From contig CALJCO010000011.1 of NCBI GenBank assembly GCA_938023905.1, positions 23,544 through 87,543 of the forward strand: a stretch of 64,000 nucleotides of DNA, written 5' to 3'. The notes below the pieces were generated by a model that saw nothing but the letters and a program-made list of their open reading frames with translations, was not told the DNA's origin and made no database searches. The translations under genes were made by a program, and so were the position numbers. This DNA is from an uncultured Collinsella sp. (GTDB taxonomy: Bacteria; Actinomycetota; Coriobacteriia; Coriobacteriales; Coriobacteriaceae). Of the stretch, positions 1 to 9,079 are shown piece after piece (the first letter of the stretch is position 1; every line of letters begins with the position of its first letter).

Positions 1-477
1 CCCGGCTCCCAAGACATACCGGCATGGAAAACCACCGGCTTGTTATAGCGCTCGCACAGTTCGTAAAGCGGCTCGGCCACAGCATCATCGGGGGCAAAAC
101 CCTGCTTTGCAGGATGCAGGCAAAGCCCCTTTGCCCCCAACTCGGTAAAGGCGCGCTCCAATTCGTCTGCGGCACCGCTCACCTGCGGGTCTACGCTCGC
201 AAATCCCCACAGACGATCGGGATGTGCGGCAACCAGCATGGCAATCTGGTCATTGGTGCCAAAGTGCCCTCCGCATGCCGTGGTTACATCGAGCGGCATG
301 AGCACGCTCTTCTGCACATCGCAGACGTCCATCTCGACTTGAAGCTCATCCCAATCCATGGGGCCCATATGCCCCATACCAAATTCTCGTGACCAAAAAC
401 CGAATCCATCAGGCTCATCACCCGGCGTACAGATCTCGCCGTAGAGCATAGGATGGACCAACATGTCGATAACCATT
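1..477 (-). CDS. amidohydrolase-family protein (TIM-barrel metal-dependent hydrolase, amidohydrolase-2-like); 3' end lies outside the window
   Basis: Minus-strand frame absent from the ORF track because it runs off the window edge. ATG at 477 follows a GGAAAGGAG RBS. Translation MVIDMLVHPMLYGEICTPGDE...CLHPAKQGFAPDD...YNKPVVFHAG looks like an amidohydrolase-2 fold. Last gene of the frl-like operon. Confidence 0.55.
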
Positions 478-503
478 TCGTACTCCTTTCCAGGCATTTG
501 ACC

Positions 504-1304
504 CTAGTACGGCTCAAACGAACCGATCACTCGGGACGACAGCTCAGCGCCCGCCTTCATACACGCCGGAATATCAAGGCCATCGATCACGCCCTTGGTA
601 AACCCGGCGATATACGAGTCGCCGGCACCCACGGTATTAACGACCTTCTCCGCCGGCACGATCCCGCACTCATAGAAGCGCTCACCGTCATAGGCAATGC
701 TTCCCTTCTCGCCAAGCGTGGCAACCGCAACGCGCGGCCCCAATTCCTGCGCGTGACGTACCCAGTCCCGCAGCTCCGGAGTGTCATCTTCAAACGACAT
801 AAATGCGTAGTCAACGTAGGGAAAATGATTCTCGCAGGCATATTCGGGATCCTGGCTGAACACCGAGAAGTCCATAACCACCGTCTTGCCCGCATCATGC
901 CACTCGGGCAGGAGGTCCAAACAATTGCCAAACAGGTCGGTATGAATGATGTCATGCTCTAGGATAAACGCCCGGTCATCTTCATTCGGACGATATGTCT
1001 CCATTACGCCATCGATTGCCTCGAGATGCACGCGATCGACGCCGTCTTTCAATGCCATGAGCATCACCGAGGTGTCGCCATCCTCCACCCGCAGATGAGA
1101 GATATCAAACCCCTCGGCGGCCAGCGCCTCTCTCATCTTGTCTCCGTACTCGTCCTTGCCGACAACCGACACGGCGGATACCGAAACGCCCATTCGTGCA
1201 AGATGGATACCCCAGTCAATGCCATTACCAGTCGGATAGAACACGCCGATGTTTTGATAGACGTCCGCACAGCAAAAACCAGCCGCACACGCTTTAATAC
1301 CCAT
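504..1304 (-). CDS. PfkB-family carbohydrate kinase (fructosamine/fructoselysine-6-kinase-like), paralog 2
   Basis: ORF 504..1316. ATG at 1304 (MGIKACAAG...) with GGAG RBS, the track start is TTG. C-terminal GAGDSY anion-hole motif of the ribokinase/PfkB family. Confidence 0.8.
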   Translation of the reverse strand: MGIKACAAGFCCADVYQNIGVFYPTGNGIDWGIHLARMGVSVSAVSVVGKDEYGDKMREALAAEGFDISHLRVEDGDTSVMLMALKDGVDRVHLEAIDGVMETYRPNEDDRAFILEHDIIHTDLFGNCLDLLPEWHDAGKTVVMDFSVFSQDPEYACENHFPYVDYAFMSFEDDTPELRDWVRHAQELGPRVAVATLGEKGSIAYDGERFYECGIVPAEKVVNTVGAGDSYIAGFTKGVIDGLDIPACMKAGAELSSRVIGSFEPY

Positions 1305-1425
1305 GGTCTTCTCCAATGTTCAAAAGGGGACCCACCACATGGCGAGCCCCCTTTTCGCGTTTCGCTTATTGTTTTGCATCGGCTGTCCAAGGCCTCATAG
1401 CCAGACCGCCGTACGCTTTCTTAAG

Positions 1426-2289
1426 CTATTCGACGATTGGTGCTCCGTGGCCCCAAGAACCTTCCATGCCGCACACGGTCGAGGCAAACCCGGCAGCAAA
1501 GTCGAGCGCGCGCTCGATGGCCTCGGCGCCACCCTCACCACGCTTGGCGAAATCGAGATAGCACATCAAAAACGAGGTGAGGAACGAGTCGCCCGCCCCC
1601 ATGGTGTCCTTCATGTCCGTTACCGGTTTAGCCAGCTGGCGGTAATAACGCTCGCCGTCGTAAGCGATGCAGCCCTCGGCGCCCGCCGTAGCCGACACAA
1701 AACGCGGACCCAGATCCTTCACCCATGCCAGACGCTCGCGAATCTCGTCCTCACTCGCGGCATCCGCCGCACTAAAGAAAGCAAAATCGACATAGGGCGC
1801 AATCTGCTCGTAGTACTCGTCGGTGGAGTCGTCCGAAAAGTCAAAAGAGACCGTGACGCCCGCAGCCTTCAACTTGGGCAGCTCGCGCTCGGTGAAGCAA
1901 TAGTTGCCCGAATGAACCACATCGAACTGCTTCATGTACGAAAGGTCAAAGCGATCGAGAACATAGCGCGCATCGCCACGGATACCGCCCTCGTTGGAGC
2001 CGAGGAAGACACGGTCACCGTCAACGACGGTCACGCGAGCCGCTCCGTTCTCGCCAATCATCTGCTCGCACTTGTCAAGCTCGATACCCTCATCCTCGAG
2101 GCTTGTAATGACATGCTCGGCAGCGGCGTCATTGCCAAAAATGCCCATGTATGCAGAGCGTGCGGCACCGCATTTCTTGGCATAAACGGCGAAGTTCACC
2201 GCATTGCCGCCGGGATACATGGTGTGGATATGCTCGTAGCGATCGACGACGTTGTCGCCAAATCCGAGCGCGTTAACGTTAAATGCCAT
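1426..2289 (-). CDS. PfkB-family carbohydrate kinase (FrlD-like fructosamine kinase), paralog 1
   Basis: 287 aa, GAGDSF motif, similar to the adjacent kinase. The ATG lies 14 nt after the stop of the upstream SIS-domain gene. Confidence 0.8.
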   Translation of the reverse strand: MAFNVNALGFGDNVVDRYEHIHTMYPGGNAVNFAVYAKKCGAARSAYMGIFGNDAAAEHVITSLEDEGIELDKCEQMIGENGAARVTVVDGDRVFLGSNEGGIRGDARYVLDRFDLSYMKQFDVVHSGNYCFTERELPKLKAAGVTVSFDFSDDSTDEYYEQIAPYVDFAFFSAADAASEDEIRERLAWVKDLGPRFVSATAGAEGCIAYDGERYYRQLAKPVTDMKDTMGAGDSFLTSFLMCYLDFAKRGEGGAEAIERALDFAAGFASTVCGMEGSWGHGAPIVE

Positions 2290-2303
2290 GGCCTTTGCCC
2301 CTT

Positions 2304-3272
2304 CTAGTACTCGACAACACCCATATAGCGACGGAAATCGGGATCGTGATCAAACACCTTGCCGCGTGCAGCACGCAGCTCGCAGTTCATGGCGTAGAAC
2401 AGCACCGGGTCCAGATAGGCACGGACGCTCGCCGGCACGGCTTCCATACCGTACTCCTTGGCATCGAGCACCATCAGCGTATCGGTATGCGTCTTAAGGA
2501 ACGCAAGGGCGCGCTCGTCCATGGCACGGCACTCGCTGGAGCCCATCTGCAGGAAGTAAAAAACGCCATCCTGAGTAGCCTCGAAGGGGCCGTGGAAGTA
2601 CTCGGCAGAGTGGATGTAGCTGCAGTGCTGCCACTGCATCTCCATAAGAGAGCAGATAGCGAAACCGTAGGTCTGGCTAAAGTTGGGACCGCTGCCCAGA
2701 ATGTAGAAGAACTCGTGCTCCTGGCAAAGCTTGGCAAAACGATCGCCTAGCTCGGCATTTACCTTCTCACGTGCCGGGGGAAGAATCTTATCCATCTCGG
2801 CGATACCGGCATACATATCGGCAAGATCGGCGTAGCCCTCCTGCTGATCGAGCAGCTCGGCCGCAAGCGACAGCGAAATGCCAGCGGGGACCTCGGCCTG
2901 CGGCACGCCCTCGCCCCACGGGTAGACCCACGTGGTCCACTTGCCGGAGTCAATCTTGGATCCAGCGTTGTCGGTCTGGGCGATCACCGTAGCGCCGGCA
3001 GCAAGGGCAATCTCACAGCCCTCGACGACCTCGGGGGTGTTGCCACTGTGGCTGCAAGCAATGACCAGGGATTTCTCACCCAAGCGGCGCGGGCGCATGA
3101 TATCAAACTCGCGAGCCGTATAGATATACGAAGTGAAGGTGGTTGCCTCGCGCTGCAGAAGCTCATGAGCCGGGATCAAATCGATCATGGAGCCACCGCA
3201 AGCAATCCAGTAGACGCTGTCGAACTTGCCCTTCTCGGCAATTGCCTCTTTGATCAGATCGTGTGCGTTCAT
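2304..3272 (-). CDS. SIS-domain fructosamine-6-phosphate deglycase (FrlB/FraB-like)
   Basis: ORF 2304..3305. ATG at 3272 (MNAHDLIKEAIAEKG) with AAGGAA RBS. Size and domain organisation match FrlB/GlmS-type SIS proteins. Confidence 0.7.
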   Translation of the reverse strand: MNAHDLIKEAIAEKGKFDSVYWIACGGSMIDLIPAHELLQREATTFTSYIYTAREFDIMRPRRLGEKSLVIACSHSGNTPEVVEGCEIALAAGATVIAQTDNAGSKIDSGKWTTWVYPWGEGVPQAEVPAGISLSLAAELLDQQEGYADLADMYAGIAEMDKILPPAREKVNAELGDRFAKLCQEHEFFYILGSGPNFSQTYGFAICSLMEMQWQHCSYIHSAEYFHGPFEATQDGVFYFLQMGSSECRAMDERALAFLKTHTDTLMVLDAKEYGMEAVPASVRAYLDPVLFYAMNCELRAARGKVFDHDPDFRRYMGVVEY

Positions 3273-3334
3273 ATCCAGTTCCTTTCTTGTTTGGTCCGCA
3301 ATCAATGACGTTGGCTGCGTGGCCGATAGTTGGT

Positions 3335-4186
3335 TTAGTCAATCAGATATTTCTCGAATGCGGCCATGTTCTTGGCATCTGCCGCCGCCGGGTCATCGTA
3401 GTAACGCCCGTCCGTGATTTCCTGGCCCAGCATGCCATCGAAACCATGGGCATTAAGCGTGGCGACGAAGGCGTCCATATCGTGCTTGCCATCGCCCCAC
3501 ACCAGATGGCCATACGGGTCACCGTCGATAAAGTGCATCTCGTGAATTGCCCCATCACCAAAGGCGGCAAACCAGTCCTCGAGCGTCTCGCCCGCAACGC
3601 CCATCGCGGTTGTATCAACCATGGGCTGTAAGTACGGGCTCGCGACCTCGTCAATCATGCGCTTCGCATCGGAAACCGTCGTTACAAGGTTGCTCTCCTC
3701 GGGACGCAGGCTTTCCATCGTAAGCACCAGACCGTGCTCGCCGGCATACTCCGCCAGAATGGACAAGTGCTCGCGGCTGCGCTTCCAGGCTTCCTCGCGG
3801 TCCTCGTCCCAGTCGCCCCAGCCCGAGTTGACGGACATACGGTCGCACCCAAGTACCTCGGCAAGCTCAATGCCGTGCTTAAAGTACGCCAGGCTGCGCT
3901 GTTCATGCAGCGGTTTGCGTGCGCAGTACTGCCAAGGATAGACAACATTCTCGGGGCACAGAGTACGATACCTAAGCCCACGGCCTGCAGCCTTTTTCGC
4001 CAGGACCTCAGCCTCAAAGTAGCCCGTGTGGTCGAGCGTCACATGCGGCTCCGCACACCACAGTTCAATGGACTCAAAGCCCAAACGCTGCTGCACATCA
4101 AGGAAATAATCGAGCGACCACATGATGTAGTGGATATTCATGCCCGCAATCTGTTCGCGGCGCAGCGTCGGTTTGGATTCAGACAT
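3335..4186 (-). CDS. sugar phosphate isomerase/epimerase (xylose-isomerase-like TIM barrel; FrlC-like)
   Basis: 283 aa with a strong AAGGAGG RBS. The start sits 1 nt from the stop of the upstream amidohydrolase gene. Size and fold class match FrlC-type epimerases. Confidence 0.7.
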   Translation of the reverse strand: MSESKPTLRREQIAGMNIHYIMWSLDYFLDVQQRLGFESIELWCAEPHVTLDHTGYFEAEVLAKKAAGRGLRYRTLCPENVVYPWQYCARKPLHEQRSLAYFKHGIELAEVLGCDRMSVNSGWGDWDEDREEAWKRSREHLSILAEYAGEHGLVLTMESLRPEESNLVTTVSDAKRMIDEVASPYLQPMVDTTAMGVAGETLEDWFAAFGDGAIHEMHFIDGDPYGHLVWGDGKHDMDAFVATLNAHGFDGMLGQEITDGRYYDDPAAADAKNMAAFEKYLID

Positions 4187-4187
4187 C

Positions 4188-5771
4188 TTATGCCTCCTTA
4201 TTTCGATCGAACACGATTTGTCCGTCCGACATCGTCATATCAACCGAAAGATCGCGTGCGTCGCGATAATCGAGGTCGAACACATCCCGATCGAGCACGC
4301 AGATATCGGCAAGCTTGCCGACCTCAAGCGTACCCAGTTCGTCTTCGCGCATCAGATCGTACGCGCCCCCGGCAGTCCAAGCACGCAAGAGCTCGACAAG
4401 CGTCAGCGCGTTGGCCTCATTCACGGGCAGCCCATCGTCGAAGTATCCACCGCACGCGCTGTAGATTGACTCGCCCAGGCTCGGAATCAGCAGTGGCAAA
4501 TCCGTACCACAGCACACCGTGCATCCGGAATCTTCCATGCCGCGGCGATTCCAGCTATGCAAAAGTCGCGTCTCGCCAATTTGTCGACACATCATCGACA
4601 GGCAGTCCTCGCGCCTGTCCAGCGTCAAAATCTGCGGATAGACCTCGCAAATTCCACCTAACTTGCCAAACTCGACAAGATCGGTCGGGTCAGAGTTCTC
4701 GAGATCGGTAATCGCATGGCGGCGAAGCATCCGTCCATGCTCGTCTCGAGGCAGCGAGGCATAGAGCGCCACGGTGCGGCGAACGGCGCCATCGCCCTGG
4801 CAATGCAAGGAATATCGGAAGCCGTCAGCATCAATTGCACGCAGCTCGTTCTCAATCAGATCCCACTCGGGCTCTTCGACAACCGTCTTGCCGGCAGCTC
4901 CCGCATCGGCCGTGTCCTCATAGGGGTCAATCATCTCGGCAAGCCCCGCCCATACGCCGCGATCGGTCATACGGTTGAAGCCAGAAAAACGAACGAACGG
5001 TCCCCGGAAGCGCTCTCGCGCCTCGCGGGCATATGCCAAATTTGCACCGGCACCCACCGGCTGCGACATCATAGAGACGCGAACCGTCAGCTCACCAGAT
5101 TCCTCACGGCGAGCCATTTCGTCGGCAAAGCCGTAGTAGTCATCAAACGCCATCTCCTTGATGGCGGTAACGCCGCGCTCGTTAAGCATGCTCATGTAGT
5201 CCGAATACCCGGCGCGCACCTCGGGTAGCGCGAGGAAATCGCTCATCATGCGCCAGATCTTCTCGGCATAGCACGCCTGGGGTGTAAAGCCGTATCGCGC
5301 ACTGGCGGCAGCATTGAGAACGCAGGTCTCCGCACCCGGTGTAAAGCAGACGACAGGGATATCGCCAAAACAATCGTCAAACACAGCTGCCGTATTTGCG
5401 TTCTCGGCATCCGATGCCAACGTTTCGGGCATGTTGTGGCCAAAAGCCGCCGCACAATCCGGATGATCATCTTTCCATGCACGCAAGAGCGACACGGCCT
5501 CTTTGGCATCGGCGACGCCGGATAGATCAGACCCCAACGTCCGCAGCGCCCAGCCCGTATAGAAGGTATGCACATCGATCAGGCCAGGCATGACGGTGCG
5601 GTCGCCCAGGTCAACTACCTCGTCCGCTTGGGTCAAATACGAAGCTACCTCACACTTGGTGCCAACAGCCTCAATTCGATTGCCACGGACCGCTACGAAA
5701 CCTTCAAACGGCAGGTCCCCCGTACCGGTAAAGACGCTCTTAGACGTCAGGACCGTCAAACGATCAGACAT
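4188..5771 (-). CDS. amidohydrolase-3 family (YtcJ-like metal-dependent amidohydrolase)
   Basis: ORF 4188..5780. ATG at 5771 (MSDRLTVL...) with AGGTGG RBS. HTFYTGW motif, 527 aa. Its stop abuts the FrlC-like start. Confidence 0.7.
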   Translation of the reverse strand: MSDRLTVLTSKSVFTGTGDLPFEGFVAVRGNRIEAVGTKCEVASYLTQADEVVDLGDRTVMPGLIDVHTFYTGWALRTLGSDLSGVADAKEAVSLLRAWKDDHPDCAAAFGHNMPETLASDAENANTAAVFDDCFGDIPVVCFTPGAETCVLNAAASARYGFTPQACYAEKIWRMMSDFLALPEVRAGYSDYMSMLNERGVTAIKEMAFDDYYGFADEMARREESGELTVRVSMMSQPVGAGANLAYAREARERFRGPFVRFSGFNRMTDRGVWAGLAEMIDPYEDTADAGAAGKTVVEEPEWDLIENELRAIDADGFRYSLHCQGDGAVRRTVALYASLPRDEHGRMLRRHAITDLENSDPTDLVEFGKLGGICEVYPQILTLDRREDCLSMMCRQIGETRLLHSWNRRGMEDSGCTVCCGTDLPLLIPSLGESIYSACGGYFDDGLPVNEANALTLVELLRAWTAGGAYDLMREDELGTLEVGKLADICVLDRDVFDLDYRDARDLSVDMTMSDGQIVFDRNKEA

Positions 5772-5780
5772 CACAACCAC

Positions 5781-7244
5781 CTACATCGGAAGCATGCCAG
5801 AGATTGCCGTTACGATCAGGCCAAAGACGACCATGAAAATGAAGAACTTCCAAATGGTCTTCCACCATTGGCCAAACGAAATCTTAGCCACGGCAAGGCC
5901 GGCGACCGTCATGCCCGCCACGGGACTGATGGTGTTGATGGTCTGATTAGCAAACTGGAGCGCGGTAACGGCTGCCTCGGGATTGAGGCCCATAAGCTCG
6001 GTCAGGGGGCCCATAACAGGCATGGTGAGCGCCGCCAGGCCAGAACTCGAGGGAACCAGCAAAGAGAGCAGGCCAAGGACGATATACATAAACGTGGTGT
6101 AGACGGCGGCGGGTGCACCGGCGAGCGCAGTAGCGAGCGCCTGGAGGATGGTGTCGATGATCATGCCGCCCTCGGCGATGACCAGAATACCGCGAGCGAT
6201 ACCAATAACGATGGCAGCGTACGCAAAGTCGGCGAGACCCTTAACGAACTCCTCAGCGATCGTCTGCTGGTCAAGACCGCCCAGGATACCGGCAAGCAAG
6301 CCCATGCCAAGGAACACGGCGGAAATCTCATTCATGTACCAGCCCTGGGTAACAAGACCCCAGACGATAATGCCCATACCGCAAGCAAAATCGATAAGCA
6401 CGAGCTTCTGACGGATAGTGAACTCTTCCTCAATGGAGGCATCGGTCACGGAAAACTCGATACGCTTGAGCTTATCGTCCTCATACGTAATGGACGACTC
6501 GGGGTTTTTCTTGACGCGCATGGCGTAGCGCATGGCCCATGCGATACCGACGGCAGTGAAGATGACCCAAGAAACGGCGCGCAGCCACAGTTGCGGATTG
6601 CCCTCGATGCCAATGATGCCTTGGGCGATCAAAACATTAAACGGGTCGATGGTCGAGGCACAATATCCCAGGTTAGGGCCAAGGAAGCAGATGATGAATG
6701 CCGTCATCGAGTCATAACCGATACCCATCATGATGGGAATGAAGATGGCATAGAACGGCAGGGCTTCCTCAGACATACCAAACGTAGTGCCGCAAATGGA
6801 CAGCAACGTCATCGTGATGGGAATGATGAGGATGTCCTTGTTCTTAAGCTTTTTAATCACACGGCTCATGCCGGCATTCAAAGCGTTGGTCTTGGTGATG
6901 ATTGCGAACGACCCGCCAATCAATAAGACGAACGCAACGACGTCGGCAGCCTCCTGGATGCCCTTAGTGGGCGCTTGCAGGACCGCGAAGATATCCTGCC
7001 CCAGATTGATGGTCTCGCCGGTCTCGGAATCGGTGTAGTTCTTATCGACCTGTTCATAGGTTCCAGCAACGGCGACTTCACGCTCGCCCGCCGCTGTCGA
7101 AATCGTCTTGCGCTGATACTGACCAGAGGGAACGATCCAAGTCAAGACCGCAAAGACAACGATCAGCAAGAACATGATCGTATAGACATGCGGTAATTTG
7201 AACTTAAAACGTCTGTTTGTCTTCTTCGCCTTCGTATCTGACAT
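5781..7244 (-). CDS. YfcC-family membrane transporter (putative basic amino acid / amino-sugar conjugate permease)
   Basis: ORF 5781..7304. Real start at ATG 7244 (MSDTKAKKTNRRFK...) with GGAGG RBS. Polytopic, about 487 aa, resembles the YfcC/C4-dicarboxylate-anaerobic-carrier superfamily. Confidence 0.65.
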   Translation of the reverse strand: MSDTKAKKTNRRFKFKLPHVYTIMFLLIVVFAVLTWIVPSGQYQRKTISTAAGEREVAVAGTYEQVDKNYTDSETGETINLGQDIFAVLQAPTKGIQEAADVVAFVLLIGGSFAIITKTNALNAGMSRVIKKLKNKDILIIPITMTLLSICGTTFGMSEEALPFYAIFIPIMMGIGYDSMTAFIICFLGPNLGYCASTIDPFNVLIAQGIIGIEGNPQLWLRAVSWVIFTAVGIAWAMRYAMRVKKNPESSITYEDDKLKRIEFSVTDASIEEEFTIRQKLVLIDFACGMGIIVWGLVTQGWYMNEISAVFLGMGLLAGILGGLDQQTIAEEFVKGLADFAYAAIVIGIARGILVIAEGGMIIDTILQALATALAGAPAAVYTTFMYIVLGLLSLLVPSSSGLAALTMPVMGPLTELMGLNPEAAVTALQFANQTINTISPVAGMTVAGLAVAKISFGQWWKTIWKFFIFMVVFGLIVTAISGMLPM

Positions 7245-7304
7245 AGATACCTCCAAAGAACTCGAGACTGCATCGCATCTCGCTTCAACGTTTGCACAAG
7301 ACAA

Positions 7305-7323
7305 ACGTTCTATGACGTTCTAT
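7305..7323 (-). promoter_or_regulatory. tandem 10-bp direct repeat ACGTTCTAT(G/A) x2 in the promoter region of the frl-like operon; candidate operator for the GntR regulator
   Basis: Exact 9/10 tandem repeat about 60-80 bp upstream of the transporter start codon. Contains a GT..TA..AC-like core. Confidence 0.3.
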
Positions 7324-7419
7324 AGGTTACCAGCAGCTTTTCTCGCCATCAAGATAATTTCAAACTGATTGCCGCAACGCGGTTGAACGGTTGCGTTTGC
7401 GCCGTGAACGGTATGGAAA

Positions 7420-7445
7420 CGCCCGGTGAGATGATCCACCGGGCG
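7420..7445 (-). terminator. hairpin CGCCCGGTG-N8-CACCGGGCG followed by TTTCC on the minus strand; weak intrinsic terminator after the GntR gene
   Basis: Perfect 9-bp stem immediately downstream of the regulator stop codon (7463). Confidence 0.4.
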
Positions 7446-7462
7446 CTTTCATACGCAATGTC

Positions 7463-8206
7463 CTAGATGTCAAAAACGTAGCGAGACCCAACGATCCGCT
7501 GACGACCGATGATAAACGGCCGCCGCTGCTCGTCGAAAAAGAAGGCTTCCATATAAAACAAGGGTTCGCCAACGGGAACTGCCAACAACCGAGCGACCTC
7601 GGGCGACGCACACGCGATCTCAAGCGTGCATGGGTCGGTAAACGCGGGCGTGCGGCCCGTCCGGTTGCGCACGAACTCAAAAATGGATTGGTTAGATAGA
7701 GGTGCCGTTGATAGATAGGCGTTGTCCTCGTAAACATATATGTTGTTCTCGAGCATGACAGGGACGCCATCGGCAGTACGCACGCGCTCAACGCAGATCA
7801 AGTCAGTTCCAACGGGAACACCAAAGAACTGTGCTTCGGTGGAATCCGCCGGCAGCATCTTTCTCGAAATGACACGCGCCCCCGGTTCCATTCCGTTAAC
7901 GCGGCATGCGTCCGAAAAACTCTGGACGTCATCCTTCTGGCGAATCTTGCGCTTGAGCTTGGGGGCATTGACAAACGTGCCTTTCCCCTGTCGCTTCGTT
8001 AGATAACCCTGTTGGACGAGCTCCTCAATAGCGCGTCGCACGGTAACGCGGCCAACTTTATAGCTCTCAGCCAATTCGAATTCGTTGGGTATCCGCGCAC
8101 CTGCCTTGTAGGCACCGGAGTTGATTTCGTTTTTGATGATATCGATAACCTGTTGGTACAGCGGTATCGCTGCTTTACCGTCAGTTAGCCCTTCAGTCGG
8201 TGGCAT
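7463..8206 (-). CDS. GntR/HutC-family transcriptional regulator (FrlR/FraR-like) with UTRA effector domain
   Basis: Winged-HTH N-terminus (...IPNEFELAESYKVGRVTVRRAIEELVQQGYL), 247 aa. ATG at 8206 with GGAG RBS. Confidence 0.85.
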   Translation of the reverse strand: MPPTEGLTDGKAAIPLYQQVIDIIKNEINSGAYKAGARIPNEFELAESYKVGRVTVRRAIEELVQQGYLTKRQGKGTFVNAPKLKRKIRQKDDVQSFSDACRVNGMEPGARVISRKMLPADSTEAQFFGVPVGTDLICVERVRTADGVPVMLENNIYVYEDNAYLSTAPLSNQSIFEFVRNRTGRTPAFTDPCTLEIACASPEVARLLAVPVGEPLFYMEAFFFDEQRRPFIIGRQRIVGSRYVFDI

Positions 8207-8232
8207 ATACCCTCTCCAAGCACAATTAAGTC

Positions 8233-8272
8233 TAAAACGGGCTTAAGGGCATTCAACAAGTCCTTAAGCCCG
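8233..8272 (-). terminator. intrinsic terminator (11-bp stem CGGGCTTAAGG/CCTTAAGCCCG + T-tract) after the HAD hydrolase gene
   Basis: Perfect stem followed by TTTTA on the minus strand. Confidence 0.6.
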
Positions 8273-8356
8273 CATTAGCTTAAAGTATGCTAGGTGTCGC
8301 ACCAAAATGTCGGCTATTTACTCATCAGACCCGAAAAACGCGCAACTACCGCGCTC

Positions 8357-9064
8357 CTAAGAAAGCGTGAGCAGCTCCGGCAGCTGATCGATGATCTTGT
8401 CCGCGGCATCCTGGCTAAAGCCAAAGCGCTCCTCGCGCTTGGCAATGACCGTCAGGCCGGCACGCTTGCCGGCAGTGATGCCAGGCACCGAATCCTCAAC
8501 GCAGCAGCAACGGACCGCAGGCAGCCCCAACAGGTCCAGCGCATGCAGGTAGATGTCGGGCTCGGGCTTGCTCTCCTTAAACTGCTCGCCGCTCACCACA
8601 TACTCAAAGGCATCCGACAGCCCGCATGCATTGAGCACTTCCTCGATGCTATCCATGGGAGACGAGCTGGCAAGCGCCACGCGAACGCCGCGGCGCGGCA
8701 GCTCGCGAATCGTATCCACAGCGCCCGGGTTAATCAAAGCCTGGTAGTCACGCGGACGCTTATGCGCCCACTCGTCCCAACGGGCCAATGCTTCCTCGCC
8801 AGTGAAGTGCCCTTTACCGGCGCGCTCAAACCAATCGACCAGCATATGCAGGAAGAACTGATGTGAGGTACCAACCTGCCCGTTCAACTCCTCTTGGGTC
8901 AGATTCAACCCAAGCTCCTTGGCAAACGCGGCAGTCTCGCCCAGGTAGTAATACTCGGTATCGACAATGACGCCGTCCATGTCAAAGATAACGGCGTCGA
9001 ACGGAAATGCGGACACGGCACCCTCCCTAGCAAAAGGGCGCCCGCAAGCGGACGCCCGAACCAT
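8357..9064 (-). CDS. HAD-IA family hydrolase (beta-phosphoglucomutase-like phosphatase)
   Basis: DMDGVIVDTE motif I, 235 aa. Confidence 0.75.
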   Translation of the reverse strand: MVRASACGRPFAREGAVSAFPFDAVIFDMDGVIVDTEYYYLGETAAFAKELGLNLTQEELNGQVGTSHQFFLHMLVDWFERAGKGHFTGEEALARWDEWAHKRPRDYQALINPGAVDTIRELPRRGVRVALASSSPMDSIEEVLNACGLSDAFEYVVSGEQFKESKPEPDIYLHALDLLGLPAVRCCCVEDSVPGITAGKRAGLTVIAKREERFGFSQDAADKIIDQLPELLTLS

Positions 9065-9079
9065 GCACTATCGGCGATT

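Noticed and set aside
24-517. Track ORFs 24..392 (+) and 284..517 (-) at the left edge
   Set aside because: They have no recognisable domains. A different minus-strand frame (ATG 477 with GGAAAGGAG RBS, running off the window) gives a convincing amidohydrolase-like protein contiguous with the operon, so these were treated as frame artefacts.
5568-6926. 452-aa plus-strand ORF antisense to the YfcC transporter gene
   Set aside because: Low-complexity Arg/His/Gly-rich translation typical of the antisense strand of a GC-rich gene. The opposite strand encodes a well-formed polytopic transporter.
8294-8866. 190-aa plus-strand ORF opposite the HAD hydrolase gene
   Set aside because: Antisense low-complexity (Ala/Leu/Arg-rich) translation with no RBS. 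The HAD gene on the minus strand has the canonical DxDG motif.
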